IMG/VR virus record: IMGVR_UViG_2061766007_000285
DNA from: an uncultured virus (IMG/VR IMGVR_UViG_2061766007_000285)
Taxonomy: Duplodnaviria > Heunggongvirae > Uroviricota > Caudoviricetes
Direction: 5' to 3' (one strand)
Length of the DNA: 64,000 bases
Below, one piece after another: positions 30,057 to 38,872 of this stretch (its first letter is position 1; each line of letters starts with the position of its first letter). Under the pieces are notes generated by a model. The model made no database searches. It was not told the DNA's origin and saw only the letters and a list, made by a program, of their open reading frames with translations. A program made the position numbers and the translations under genes.

Positions 30057-32990
30057 ATGGTTACGATTAAATACTATGATAGCAACAATGTATTGCAGAC
30101 CCTCGATGTGCTTGAGGATGACAATAGCTATCGTTACCGTGGCTTGATGACGAAGCCTCAAATGGTGTTGAAATTCGCCCTGCCTGAATATGTGGAAATC
30201 CCCGTTGGGGCATATTGCGACTACCAAGGGGAGCGGTTTGTGTTGATGTCGCCGCAGAACATCAAAAAGCAGGGGACGCGCAATATCGAGTACACCCTGA
30301 CGATGGGGACATATCAGGACAATATGAGCCTCTACAAGATGAGGAACACCGTGGACGGGCGGCTGAAATACTCGATGTGCAGCACACCAACGGAGTTTAT
30401 CACGGAGATTGTGGCCAACCTGAATGCCCGTGACGGGGCTAATGTTTGGAGCGTTGGGGATTGCATCGACACGGCACCAAAGACGATTGAGTTCAACCAC
30501 ACCTATTGTGACGCGGCGTTGTCGATGGTTGCGGATGAGTTTGAAACGGAGTGGGAAATCGAGAACCATACCATCCACCTCCACACGGTGAAGTACTTCG
30601 AGGATGCGCCGTTGCCGCTGTCATACGGCAAGGGTAACGGATTCGTGCCTGGTGTTGGCCGTGCCACACCCGTTGGGGAAATGCCCATCAAGCGGCTGTA
30701 TGTGCAAGGCGGCAACCGCAACATCGACCGCTCGACCTATGGCCATTCTGACCTGATGCTGCCCTACGACCAGCTCCTTTCATTTGACGGTGAAAAATTC
30801 GAGGATGAAACGGGGTACGATTCCACGAAGGCACGGACTTACAAGTCCGATAAGGAGGGCTATTACATCGAGCGTTATGACATGGAAACCGATTCCTCAA
30901 AGGAGGATTCCATCGACTGCTCCGACCGTTACCCTTCGAGGGTGGGAATCGTAAAACAAGTTATTGAGGTGGATGCCAGTCGGAATTGGTATGATTTTAT
31001 TGATGACACGATTCCAAATGATATTAACTATGGTGATGATACCGTTCATCCAAACCCGCCAAGTTGCCAAATTAAAGGCGAAACCCTGACTGTGATTTTC
31101 CAAACGGGGATGCTGGCTGGCAAGGAGTTCGATGTGAAGTTCCACTACAATGACAAACGCTTTGAGATTGTGCCGTTTGAGTATGACGGAATCAAGATGC
31201 CCAATGGAGCGGCTTGGAGTCCGCAGGTGGGCGACACCTACGCCATTTTCGGATGTATGTTGCCAGCCGCCTATATTTGCGACAATAACAGCAAGGAGGG
31301 CGCATCGTGGGAAATGTTCAGGATGGCGGTTCGATACCTTTATGCCAATGAAGACCAAAAGTTCACCTTCACGGGCAAGTTGCAAGGCAAGTATGCCCGC
31401 GAGAATTGGGACACGATTAGCCCCAAGCTGAAGGTGGGCGGCTACATCCATTTTTCGGACACGCAGTTTGCGCCCAACGGCACGGATATTCGCATCATCG
31501 GAATCAAGGACTATATGACCGACCCCTACGCCCCGACCATCGACATATCCAACGGGATTGTCGGCCAAAGCGTGACCACCACGCTTGTTCAGGTGGGGTG
31601 TCAGGAGGTGACGATTGGCGAGGCTCACACCGATTCAATCAACTTCACCAAGCGGCGTTTCCGAGATACGATTGACACGATGCTGATGCTTCAGGAATCG
31701 TTGCTTGAGTTCTCGGAGGGCATCAACCCCATCACCGTCCATGCCATGCAGTTGCTGATTGGGGATGAGGGCTTGCAGTTCGTCTTCACCGATGAGAATG
31801 ACAACGAATGGCCTTCCGAATCGGTTATCATTATGAACAATTCCACAAAGCGTTTGAGCGTGGTGAACCCTAACCCGCAATCGGCCTTGCTACTGAAGCA
31901 TACCAGCATCATGCACGCCATTCATTCGACCATACCTCCGACTTATTCCATTTGGAAGATGAACACCTTTGTTTCTCAAGTGTTAAGCAACCAAAATCAG
32001 GGCTATTACCTTTACGCCAAGTGCAGCGTGGATGAGGATATTATGGGCGACTTTGTGTTGTCGGACACGGCAATAGCGATGGAATCGGTGACGGGCTATT
32101 ACCATTTCCTCGTTGGCATTTTGGGCAAGGAATATGACGGGGAACGGAGTTTTGTTTCGATGTACGGCTTCACGGAGATATTGCCGGGTAGAATCACGAC
32201 CGATAGGATTGTCAGCACTGACGGCCAAACCTATTTCGACCTGACGGGCGGAGGATATATCAGGGCAAAGAAAGCGGAGATTTGGGGCACTTTCAGGAGT
32301 CCATTCCATGATGCTGAAAACGGCGAGAACGCTTTTCAGGAATATGATAATATAAGAAGTACGAGCATTGCAAATCAAATAAACCTTATATGGGACACAA
32401 CTCAATCAGGACGAAAAATAACCGTTGTCGGCTCGGGATTCTTGATGAATCCACCATCGGGAAAGTATTACTTCATGCATGGAGGTAATTGGGGTCTTAC
32501 CTATTTTGATAAGGAAATTATTCAGTTGGTTGGTATTGGTACGGAAACCACTTTTTATGGATGGCAAGTTAATAGGCTCGGAGGCTTCCAAAATGACGGA
32601 ACCGTAGAGGCCTACGGAAAGCCAATAAACATCTTATTTGTTGGACATATCGCATGGAGTAAAGAGAGGGATGAGTATTACATGGAGGGCTCGTCATGTG
32701 GCAATGGTGGCGGTGCAGTGTTGGCTTTAGCAACTGGAGGTTATTTCAAAGTAAACATTCCTATATCATGGCTAAATATGACCTCTCAATGGTATATTGA
32801 TGCATATATGACTGTAATGGTTACATCGAGGACTATGGGTATGATGGTAAGCAATACGGCTAACACTGTCGATGTAAATAATAATGTTGTAGAGGTATAT
32901 TTCCAAATTGCTGCCGTTTCAGGGAGTAGTGCAAATAAAGCCGATTTCAATTTCTTCATATTTAATAGGCAGCATTGGAGTAACCACTAA
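30057..32990 (+). CDS. Tail tip / baseplate-hub-like protein (977 aa)
   Basis: LSYGKGNG..KRLYVQGGNRNI; TEILPGRITTDRIVS; AT-rich C-terminal domain. Confidence 0.7.
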   Translation: MVTIKYYDSNNVLQTLDVLEDDNSYRYRGLMTKPQMVLKFALPEYVEIPVGAYCDYQGERFVLMSPQNIKKQGTRNIEYTLTMGTYQDNMSLYKMRNTVDGRLKYSMCSTPTEFITEIVANLNARDGANVWSVGDCIDTAPKTIEFNHTYCDAALSMVADEFETEWEIENHTIHLHTVKYFEDAPLPLSYGKGNGFVPGVGRATPVGEMPIKRLYVQGGNRNIDRSTYGHSDLMLPYDQLLSFDGEKFEDETGYDSTKARTYKSDKEGYYIERYDMETDSSKEDSIDCSDRYPSRVGIVKQVIEVDASRNWYDFIDDTIPNDINYGDDTVHPNPPSCQIKGETLTVIFQTGMLAGKEFDVKFHYNDKRFEIVPFEYDGIKMPNGAAWSPQVGDTYAIFGCMLPAAYICDNNSKEGASWEMFRMAVRYLYANEDQKFTFTGKLQGKYARENWDTISPKLKVGGYIHFSDTQFAPNGTDIRIIGIKDYMTDPYAPTIDISNGIVGQSVTTTLVQVGCQEVTIGEAHTDSINFTKRRFRDTIDTMLMLQESLLEFSEGINPITVHAMQLLIGDEGLQFVFTDENDNEWPSESVIIMNNSTKRLSVVNPNPQSALLLKHTSIMHAIHSTIPPTYSIWKMNTFVSQVLSNQNQGYYLYAKCSVDEDIMGDFVLSDTAIAMESVTGYYHFLVGILGKEYDGERSFVSMYGFTEILPGRITTDRIVSTDGQTYFDLTGGGYIRAKKAEIWGTFRSPFHDAENGENAFQEYDNIRSTSIANQINLIWDTTQSGRKITVVGSGFLMNPPSGKYYFMHGGNWGLTYFDKEIIQLVGIGTETTFYGWQVNRLGGFQNDGTVEAYGKPINILFVGHIAWSKERDEYYMEGSSCGNGGGAVLALATGGYFKVNIPISWLNMTSQWYIDAYMTVMVTSRTMGMMVSNTANTVDVNNNVVEVYFQIAAVSGSSANKADFNFFIFNRQHWSNH

Positions 32991-33073
32991 ATTTTTCACA
33001 CAATGGTACTTATTAGATACTTATTTTATACCTTTGCGCCTGAAATTTAACCATCAACAAAGGAGGATTTGAA

Positions 33074-33574
33074 ATGAACATTACCATTTTGAGAGACATG
33101 ACCATCGTGGCTGTCATCGCTTGCATCATCGTATTCTTCGCCATGATGATAGACTTGGCAAGCGGACTTTACAAGGCGAAGCAACGGCATGAGTTCCGCA
33201 GCTCATGGGGGCTGAAACGAACCCTGACCAAGTTCATCACCTATGAGGGCGGCATGATGATAGCCTACGGGGTGGATATGCTAATCTATTTCAGCAGGCT
33301 ATTTGAGTTGTTCCACCTTGCGCCCATCGTGGGGATTCCCGTGGTGTCGTGTTTGGTGGGCATTTTCCTTTTGGTGGTGGAGTTTTTGAGCATACGCGAG
33401 AAGTCCGACAAAAAGACAAAGAAGGACTTTTCGGAGGCTGGGGAAATCATTACGAAGTTGCTGGAGAGCAAAACCTTCAAGGATGCGTTTATGAAGGCCA
33501 TTGAGGTACAGCAGGCGCAGAACCAGCCGCAAGCGGAGGCGGTGAATGATGAGTACGAACCAACAATTGAATGA
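33074..33574 (+). CDS. Holin
   Basis: Transmembrane segments; DLASGLYKAK..SSWGLKRT..VEFLSIRE; precedes endolysin; -7 box at 33029-33036. Confidence 0.8.
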   Translation: MNITILRDMTIVAVIACIIVFFAMMIDLASGLYKAKQRHEFRSSWGLKRTLTKFITYEGGMMIAYGVDMLIYFSRLFELFHLAPIVGIPVVSCLVGIFLLVVEFLSIREKSDKKTKKDFSEAGEIITKLLESKTFKDAFMKAIEVQQAQNQPQAEAVNDEYEPTIE

Positions 33575-33576
33575 CT

Positions 33577-34155
33577 ATGGCAAAAGTAGAGTTATTGCTG
33601 CCGAAAATCCTGAAATGGGAAGGCGGCTTCGTGAACGACCCCGCAGATAGCGGCGGCGCGACCAACAAGGGCGTGACCCTTGCGACCTATAAGGCATACC
33701 GCAAGGCTCACAAGATGAAGACCCCGACCGTTGAAGACCTGAAACGGATAACTGACGCGGAGGTGATGGCCATTCTCAAAGAGTTCTTTTGGGATAAGAT
33801 GCAGGCCGACCAAATCAATAGCCAATCCATCGCCAACCTTTGCGTCAATACCCTTTGGGGGTCAGGCAAGGGCTATATCAAGACCATTCAGGGCGTGTTG
33901 GGTGTTCGTCAGGATGGCGTTGTCGGACCCGTGACGCTGGCCAAGATTAACGGCTGGATGCCTCAAAAGGACTTGTTTGACCGCCTTTGGGCGCGGCGTA
34001 AGAAGTTCTTTGAGGATATTGTGGCCTCCAGCGTGAGAGCCTATGAGCGTAAGATTGGCCGCAAGGCCACGGAGCGCGAGCTTTTGAAGTACACCAAGAA
34101 ACGCTTTTTGAGGGGTTGGCTTAACCGCCTTAATGACTTCCGCTATGAGGACTAA
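33577..34155 (+). CDS. Endolysin, glycoside hydrolase family 108
   Basis: EGGFVNDPADSGGATNKGVT; DGVVGPVTL; FLRGWLNRL. Confidence 0.92.
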   Translation: MAKVELLLPKILKWEGGFVNDPADSGGATNKGVTLATYKAYRKAHKMKTPTVEDLKRITDAEVMAILKEFFWDKMQADQINSQSIANLCVNTLWGSGKGYIKTIQGVLGVRQDGVVGPVTLAKINGWMPQKDLFDRLWARRKKFFEDIVASSVRAYERKIGRKATERELLKYTKKRFLRGWLNRLNDFRYED

Positions 34156-34669
34156 TTTACCCAAACCATATATTTTCCTCTTGTTGGCCTTCGCCACGGC
34201 ATTCCTCACGGGGTGCCGTGGTTGGAGGCTGGTAAGGTCGGAAAGTGAGCGGAGTAAGGATTCGGTCGTCATCAGGACGGAGTACATCCAGCGAATCGAC
34301 ACGGCCTACATTACCATCGAAAAGTGGTTTCAGCAGGTTTTGGCAGACACCACCTCGACCCTTGAAAACAAGTATTGCATTTCCCGAGCTGAAATCACGG
34401 CGATGGGGATGCTGTACCACACCCTTGAAACGAAGCCCCAGCAATTGCCCGTACCCGTGACCACCACGGAAAAGGTCAGGGACAGCGTTATATATAGGGA
34501 AAAGGAGGTGAAGGTGCGAGAACCTTACCCCGTGGAAAGGGAATTGACCCGATGGCAGAAGTTCAGGCTTCAGGGATTTTGGTATATGCTGGCCGCGTTG
34601 GTTTTGGCCGTGATTTGGATATGCCGAAAGCCACTGATAAAAATTTTCTTGCGGATTGTCGGGAAATAA
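34145..34669 (+). CDS. Spanin-like lipoprotein
   Basis: Lipobox LTGC plus C-terminal TM helix after endolysin. Confidence 0.65.
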   Translation: MRTNLPKPYIFLLLAFATAFLTGCRGWRLVRSESERSKDSVVIRTEYIQRIDTAYITIEKWFQQVLADTTSTLENKYCISRAEITAMGMLYHTLETKPQQLPVPVTTTEKVRDSVIYREKEVKVREPYPVERELTRWQKFRLQGFWYMLAALVLAVIWICRKPLIKIFLRIVGK

Positions 34670-34710
34670 CTACCTTTGCACCGCTGATGATTACTTCATC
34701 GGTTGCGTTG

Positions 34711-34752
34711 AAAAACCCGCTCGATGCGTCAGCTTCAGGGCGGGTTTTCTTG
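34711..34752 (+). terminator. Intrinsic terminator after lysis module
   Basis: AAAACCCGCT...GGGCGGGTTTTCTT. Confidence 0.6.
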
Positions 34753-35045
34753 TGTTTTGTTATCAGTTTGTTACTCAAAAATGGAAAGATGGACACAACA
34801 TATTGGAAATCACGGGACTTATGCGGGGTCGGTAGATTCTGCATCGGAAAGTAACCGGCGATTTCAGCCATTTTTCGGATAGTATTTCAGCGGTATCGGC
34901 ATAGTATTGGGATAGTATGCAGCACTTTATTTCCGTCAATATGGATTTTTTTTGATGCAATACTTTTCCGATACTGAATAAATACTATTTTTGCGTTGCT
35001 ATTTTGTTACCCGACCCCTGAAAGTAACAATTTGGAAACAAAATT
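34750..35045. other. Probable attP region
   Basis: Non-coding AT-rich gap between lysis and integrase with repeated TTTGTTA(C/T) and GTAACAA arm-like sites; core not identifiable. Confidence 0.4.
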
Positions 35046-35054
35046 CAACGCATT

Positions 35055-36242
35055 ATGGCCAAGGAAAAGAGAATCAAGGAGCCTATCAGGTTAAGGCAGA
35101 AAAAAATCAATGACGGAAATATAAGCCTATATCTCGACATTTATAGGAACGGTAAACGGACATACGAGTTCCTGAAGCTGTACCTCGTCCCCGAAAGAAC
35201 CAAGGAGGATAAGGAAAAGAATCGGCAGACCCTGCAGCTCGCCAATGCCGTGAAGGCACAGCGTATCGTGGAGTTGCAGAACGGGGAATTTGGCTTCAAG
35301 GGCGACTTCGCCACCGAGACCCTATTCTTCGACTACTACAAAGCGATGTGCCAAAAGCGGCTCGGGGCTGAAAGTAGAAGCAATTGGGGCAATTGGTTTT
35401 CGTGCCTCCACCACCTGAAAAAGTATGAGAAAAACGAGAGAATCACCTTTGCCGAAATCACCCCTGAATGGGTGGAGGGCTTCAAGGATTATCTTGATGA
35501 CGATGCACGGGCATGGGAACACGACAAGCGCAAACGGAACAAGGAAAAGCCCCTCGCCCGCAATTCCAAGTTGTCGTACTTCAATAAGCTGCGGGCTTGC
35601 CTGAATCAGGCATTTGAGGAAAGAATAATTCCGATAAACCCGTGCCGTGGGGTCGAGAACTTCAAGGCCGAAGAAGGCACGAGGATGTACCTGACCATTG
35701 ACGAGGTGAGGAAATTGGCGCAGACGGAGTGCGAGTACCCAAGAATCAAGGACGCTTTCCTATTCAGTTGCCTGACGGGATTAAGGCGTAGCGACATCGA
35801 GCGGCTTCATTGGGGCGATGTGTTCCAGCAGGGCGACTACACCCGCATCATATTCAGGCAGAAAAAGACCCAAGGCCAGGAATACCTCGACATCACCGAC
35901 CAAGCGGCCGCATTGATGGGCGACCGTGGCGACCCTGCGGATTTGGTCTTTGAAGATATCCACTGCCCCACCTGCACCAATAGGGCGGTTCAGGAATGGG
36001 TGTTGCGTGCCGGCATCAATAAGAAGATTACATTCCATTGCGGGCGGCATACCTTTGCCACGATGATGCTTGACATAGGCACGGACATTTATACGGTGTC
36101 GAAGCTGTTAGGCCACAAGGAACTTTCCACCACGCAGATATATGCGAAGGTGATGGATAAGAACAAGCAGAAGGCCGTGTCGCAGATTCCCGATGTGCTG
36201 GGCGATGACGGCGAAACGGTTTGGCGGCTGGATGGCCTTTGA
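35055..36242 (+). CDS. int: Tyrosine integrase
   Basis: Arm-binding N-terminus (SLYLDIY), TGLRRSDI, HCGRHTFAT, LLGH, TTQIY. Confidence 0.95.
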   Translation: MAKEKRIKEPIRLRQKKINDGNISLYLDIYRNGKRTYEFLKLYLVPERTKEDKEKNRQTLQLANAVKAQRIVELQNGEFGFKGDFATETLFFDYYKAMCQKRLGAESRSNWGNWFSCLHHLKKYEKNERITFAEITPEWVEGFKDYLDDDARAWEHDKRKRNKEKPLARNSKLSYFNKLRACLNQAFEERIIPINPCRGVENFKAEEGTRMYLTIDEVRKLAQTECEYPRIKDAFLFSCLTGLRRSDIERLHWGDVFQQGDYTRIIFRQKKTQGQEYLDITDQAAALMGDRGDPADLVFEDIHCPTCTNRAVQEWVLRAGINKKITFHCGRHTFATMMLDIGTDIYTVSKLLGHKELSTTQIYAKVMDKNKQKAVSQIPDVLGDDGETVWRLDGL

Positions 36243-36509
36243 TTAGCCGAACATCTGCCCTTTGCCCGTCATTAGCCAATAGGCCGAAACATGGCATTTC
36301 TCCACCAGCGGAATCATCCAGCCGACCTCAAAGAAACCCCTATTGAGGTCTTTGCGCTGGATGTAGTAGTGAGGCGTTGGTACACCTATTTCGGCGCAAT
36401 ACTCCCTGACGCTTTTGATGTGTTTTTGCTGTTTGCAGGCTTCCATTGCCTGAAAGAAACGCCCCATGACCGCAAGGGTGTTTTCGCTGTAAACCCTTCT
36501 CCTACTCAT
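36243..36509 (-). CDS. Small HTH-like protein
   Basis: VSAYWLMTGKGQMF C-terminus typical of CI-like HTH proteins. Confidence 0.6.
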   Translation of the reverse strand: MSRRRVYSENTLAVMGRFFQAMEACKQQKHIKSVREYCAEIGVPTPHYYIQRKDLNRGFFEVGWMIPLVEKCHVSAYWLMTGKGQMFG

Positions 36510-36709
36510 TTTTCAATCTCCCCTTTGAGCCACACGGCCGTTTGATAGAGATAGTCAAGTTCGGCGGTGGGCTGGTTTGCTATTTTGGCTCGGTCGATGG
36601 CCGTGCCGATTTGGAGGATGATTTCGGACGATTTTTCCGAAAGCAAGTCCTCCTTATTTATATATGACTTCATCAGGTCGATGAGGTAGAAAGATAGTTG
36701 CTTTTCCAT
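36506..36709 (-). CDS. Hypothetical protein
   Basis: 67-aa ORF coupled to neighbours. Confidence 0.5.
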   Translation of the reverse strand: MEKQLSFYLIDLMKSYINKEDLLSEKSSEIILQIGTAIDRAKIANQPTAELDYLYQTAVWLKGEIEK

Positions 36710-37170
36710 TATTGTTTCCTTTTGTAAACCTTTTCGTTCAATGCGCTCAATTGCTGGTCGTGCAGCCTGATAGTGTTTTCATCAACTATTTTGTAGTCAT
36801 AGGCTTTGGTTTGGTTCAATGCGTATGTTTGGCTTTGGGTGATGCCATAGGCGGCGATTACTTTTTTGCTGGGCAGGATTTGGAAATAGTAGTCGTCATG
36901 TTCCCAAGTGTCGCCCAAGTAGCGGTAATCCCTTTGCATGGTGCCGTGGAATGACATTGCCGGCCAATCGGATGATGCGGATTGGATTTCGGTGGGTGCC
37001 TCAAACGCCGTGAAGGTGATGGTCTCGGCGTTGTAGGTGTCTTCGCTTTCCCAAGTGCCTACGATGGTGTTCAATACCTCCTGAACATCGGAGGGGAATT
37101 TGGGGCTGTCGTCCTTTTTGCAGCCCGTGAAGGCCAAGGCGATGGCCAATACATAGATTATCCTTTTCAT
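36709..37170 (-). CDS. Lipoprotein co-transcribed with repressor (possible superinfection exclusion)
   Basis: MKRIIYVLAIALAFTGC-KKDD lipobox. Confidence 0.7.
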   Translation of the reverse strand: MKRIIYVLAIALAFTGCKKDDSPKFPSDVQEVLNTIVGTWESEDTYNAETITFTAFEAPTEIQSASSDWPAMSFHGTMQRDYRYLGDTWEHDDYYFQILPSKKVIAAYGITQSQTYALNQTKAYDYKIVDENTIRLHDQQLSALNEKVYKRKQ

Positions 37171-37177
37171 GGCTGGT

Positions 37178-37519
37178 TCATTTTGAGTTGATTCTTTCAT
37201 AGATGGTCATCATGTCCTTCATTATTTCCTGATATTGCTCTTGGTTGCGCAGGAAACGTGACAATATGGCCATTAAACTTGACACATCGTTTTTGCTTTG
37301 TTTGTAGTCGGTGCGTATTAGGTTATCATCATCGGAGAAAAATTCGGCCGTTGGGATGCCCAAAACCTCCGATAACTTCACTATTGTGCTGATTTTCACA
37401 TCTGCACCGCTCAATAGGTTGTTGAGTGTTGTACGGGAAAACCCGCATTTTTTGGCTATCTCGTCCTGGGTCATTCGGCTGTCTTCGATAGCGTTTTTTA
37501 TTTTATTGATATTCAGCAT
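37178..37519 (-). CDS. CI-like XRE repressor
   Basis: MTQDEIAKKCGFSRTTLNNLLSG HTH; divergent from Cro-like gene. Confidence 0.85.
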   Translation of the reverse strand: MLNINKIKNAIEDSRMTQDEIAKKCGFSRTTLNNLLSGADVKISTIVKLSEVLGIPTAEFFSDDDNLIRTDYKQSKNDVSSLMAILSRFLRNQEQYQEIMKDMMTIYERINSK

Positions 37520-37693
37520 TTTAATTTTTTATTTGTAAACTTTATGAGATTTTTTTGAAAAAAATGTAAATTTTATTGCACTGCATTGAAAACTTTGTTG
37601 TACTTTTGCATCGCAAAATAAAAAGTTATTGCCGCAAAAATAGTAAAAAGATACCTAACAAGTAAAAGTTTCACAAATAAATAATTAAAAGGT

Positions 37694-37936
37694 ATGAGCA
37701 ACAAATCATTTATTGAACTCTACAATGAGAGTAAAAACAAGCCCACACCTGCACAAGAGTTTGTTGCGGAGGTGGCAAGGATTACCCACCGCTCCGAAAC
37801 GACCGTGAGGATGTGGCTGGCAGGCAACCAAGTACCCGATGCGCTCGTCCAAAGCGTCATCGCCGACCACTTCAATGTGGATATGGCCGGACTATTCCCC
37901 GATGCTGAACCCAACGAGGAAGGAGGCCAGCAATGA
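37694..37936 (+). CDS. Cro-like HTH protein
   Basis: VARITHRSETTVRMWLAGNQVP. Confidence 0.75.
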   Translation: MSNKSFIELYNESKNKPTPAQEFVAEVARITHRSETTVRMWLAGNQVPDALVQSVIADHFNVDMAGLFPDAEPNEEGGQQ

Positions 37937-38247
37937 AAAAGAACGCAACCAAGACGCAATCATCAGCCAACGCAACCAAGACGCAACCATCGGCCAGCAT
38001 CGCCGAGGCCACGGTGTCGCAGGGCTATTTGCCGGGGGTTTCAAACCGACTGAAATTCACGGCGAAGTGTGGCACCGTGGAGCGGTCGCTGACCTTCCCA
38101 ATCACCAAGGAAATCGAGGATTGGATTTGGGCGGTGTATTCGCTTTACGGCGAGCCTGAAGTCGAACCCGAGGACACCTTCGAGCTGGAGGGCAGCGGCA
38201 AGATGAAAATCACATTGAGCATCGTGAACTTCAAAAAAACTTTCTGA
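37933..38247 (+). CDS. Hypothetical protein (27-bp tandem duplication near start)
   Basis: Coupled ORF; NATKTQSSA/NATKTQPSA. Confidence 0.55.
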   Translation: MKKNATKTQSSANATKTQPSASIAEATVSQGYLPGVSNRLKFTAKCGTVERSLTFPITKEIEDWIWAVYSLYGEPEVEPEDTFELEGSGKMKITLSIVNFKKTF

Positions 38248-38249
38248 CC

Positions 38250-38576
38250 ATGAAGACATTAGTAATTTTCCGCGACTGCCACTCGGCTCACAACCTTGTC
38301 GTCAAGGCATATAACGATGATGACGAAGCGTTGTACCGCAAGATGGCGGCAAAAAAGGGATGGAAGGTGGCCGTGCGCAAGCCCGTTGAACCCACCTGTG
38401 ACAATTGCGCCCACATGGACATTAAGTTGACCAGTGGAGGCAACCACCGCTATTGCGGTATGTTCGGGCAATGGATTCCCGACAATGAGCAATTTCCCGC
38501 TTGCGACTACCATACAGCCGTCCGCAAGTTCGAGGATATGATGACGGCAACGGCAAAGGAAAGGAGGGCAAAATGA
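38250..38576 (+). CDS. Hypothetical Cys-containing protein
   Basis: CDNCAH..C..C. Confidence 0.6.
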   Translation: MKTLVIFRDCHSAHNLVVKAYNDDDEALYRKMAAKKGWKVAVRKPVEPTCDNCAHMDIKLTSGGNHRYCGMFGQWIPDNEQFPACDYHTAVRKFEDMMTATAKERRAK

Positions 38577-38872
38577 GCATCGAGGAAAGGCTGGAGCGGA
38601 TTGAGCGGCTGCTGGTGATTGGCAGCAAGGAGGCGTTGAACACCAGCGAAGTCGCCCTGATGCTCGACATGGCCGTGCAGACCGTGCGAAACCTGATGCA
38701 CGACAAGGCCATCCCCTACTACAAGCGCGGGGGCAAGGCCTATTTCAGGAAATCGGAGATAGAGGCTTGGATGCTGAAAGGGCAGAGAATCGTGAGCAAC
38801 GAGGAAATCGCCGCCGAAGCTTCCACCTACATAGCAATCAAGAGAATGAACACCAAACAAGCGCAACAATGA
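38573..38872 (+). CDS. Excisionase-like HTH protein
   Basis: LNTSEVALML..TVRNL..IPYYKRGGKAYFRKSEIEAW. Confidence 0.8.
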   Translation: MSIEERLERIERLLVIGSKEALNTSEVALMLDMAVQTVRNLMHDKAIPYYKRGGKAYFRKSEIEAWMLKGQRIVSNEEIAAEASTYIAIKRMNTKQAQQ

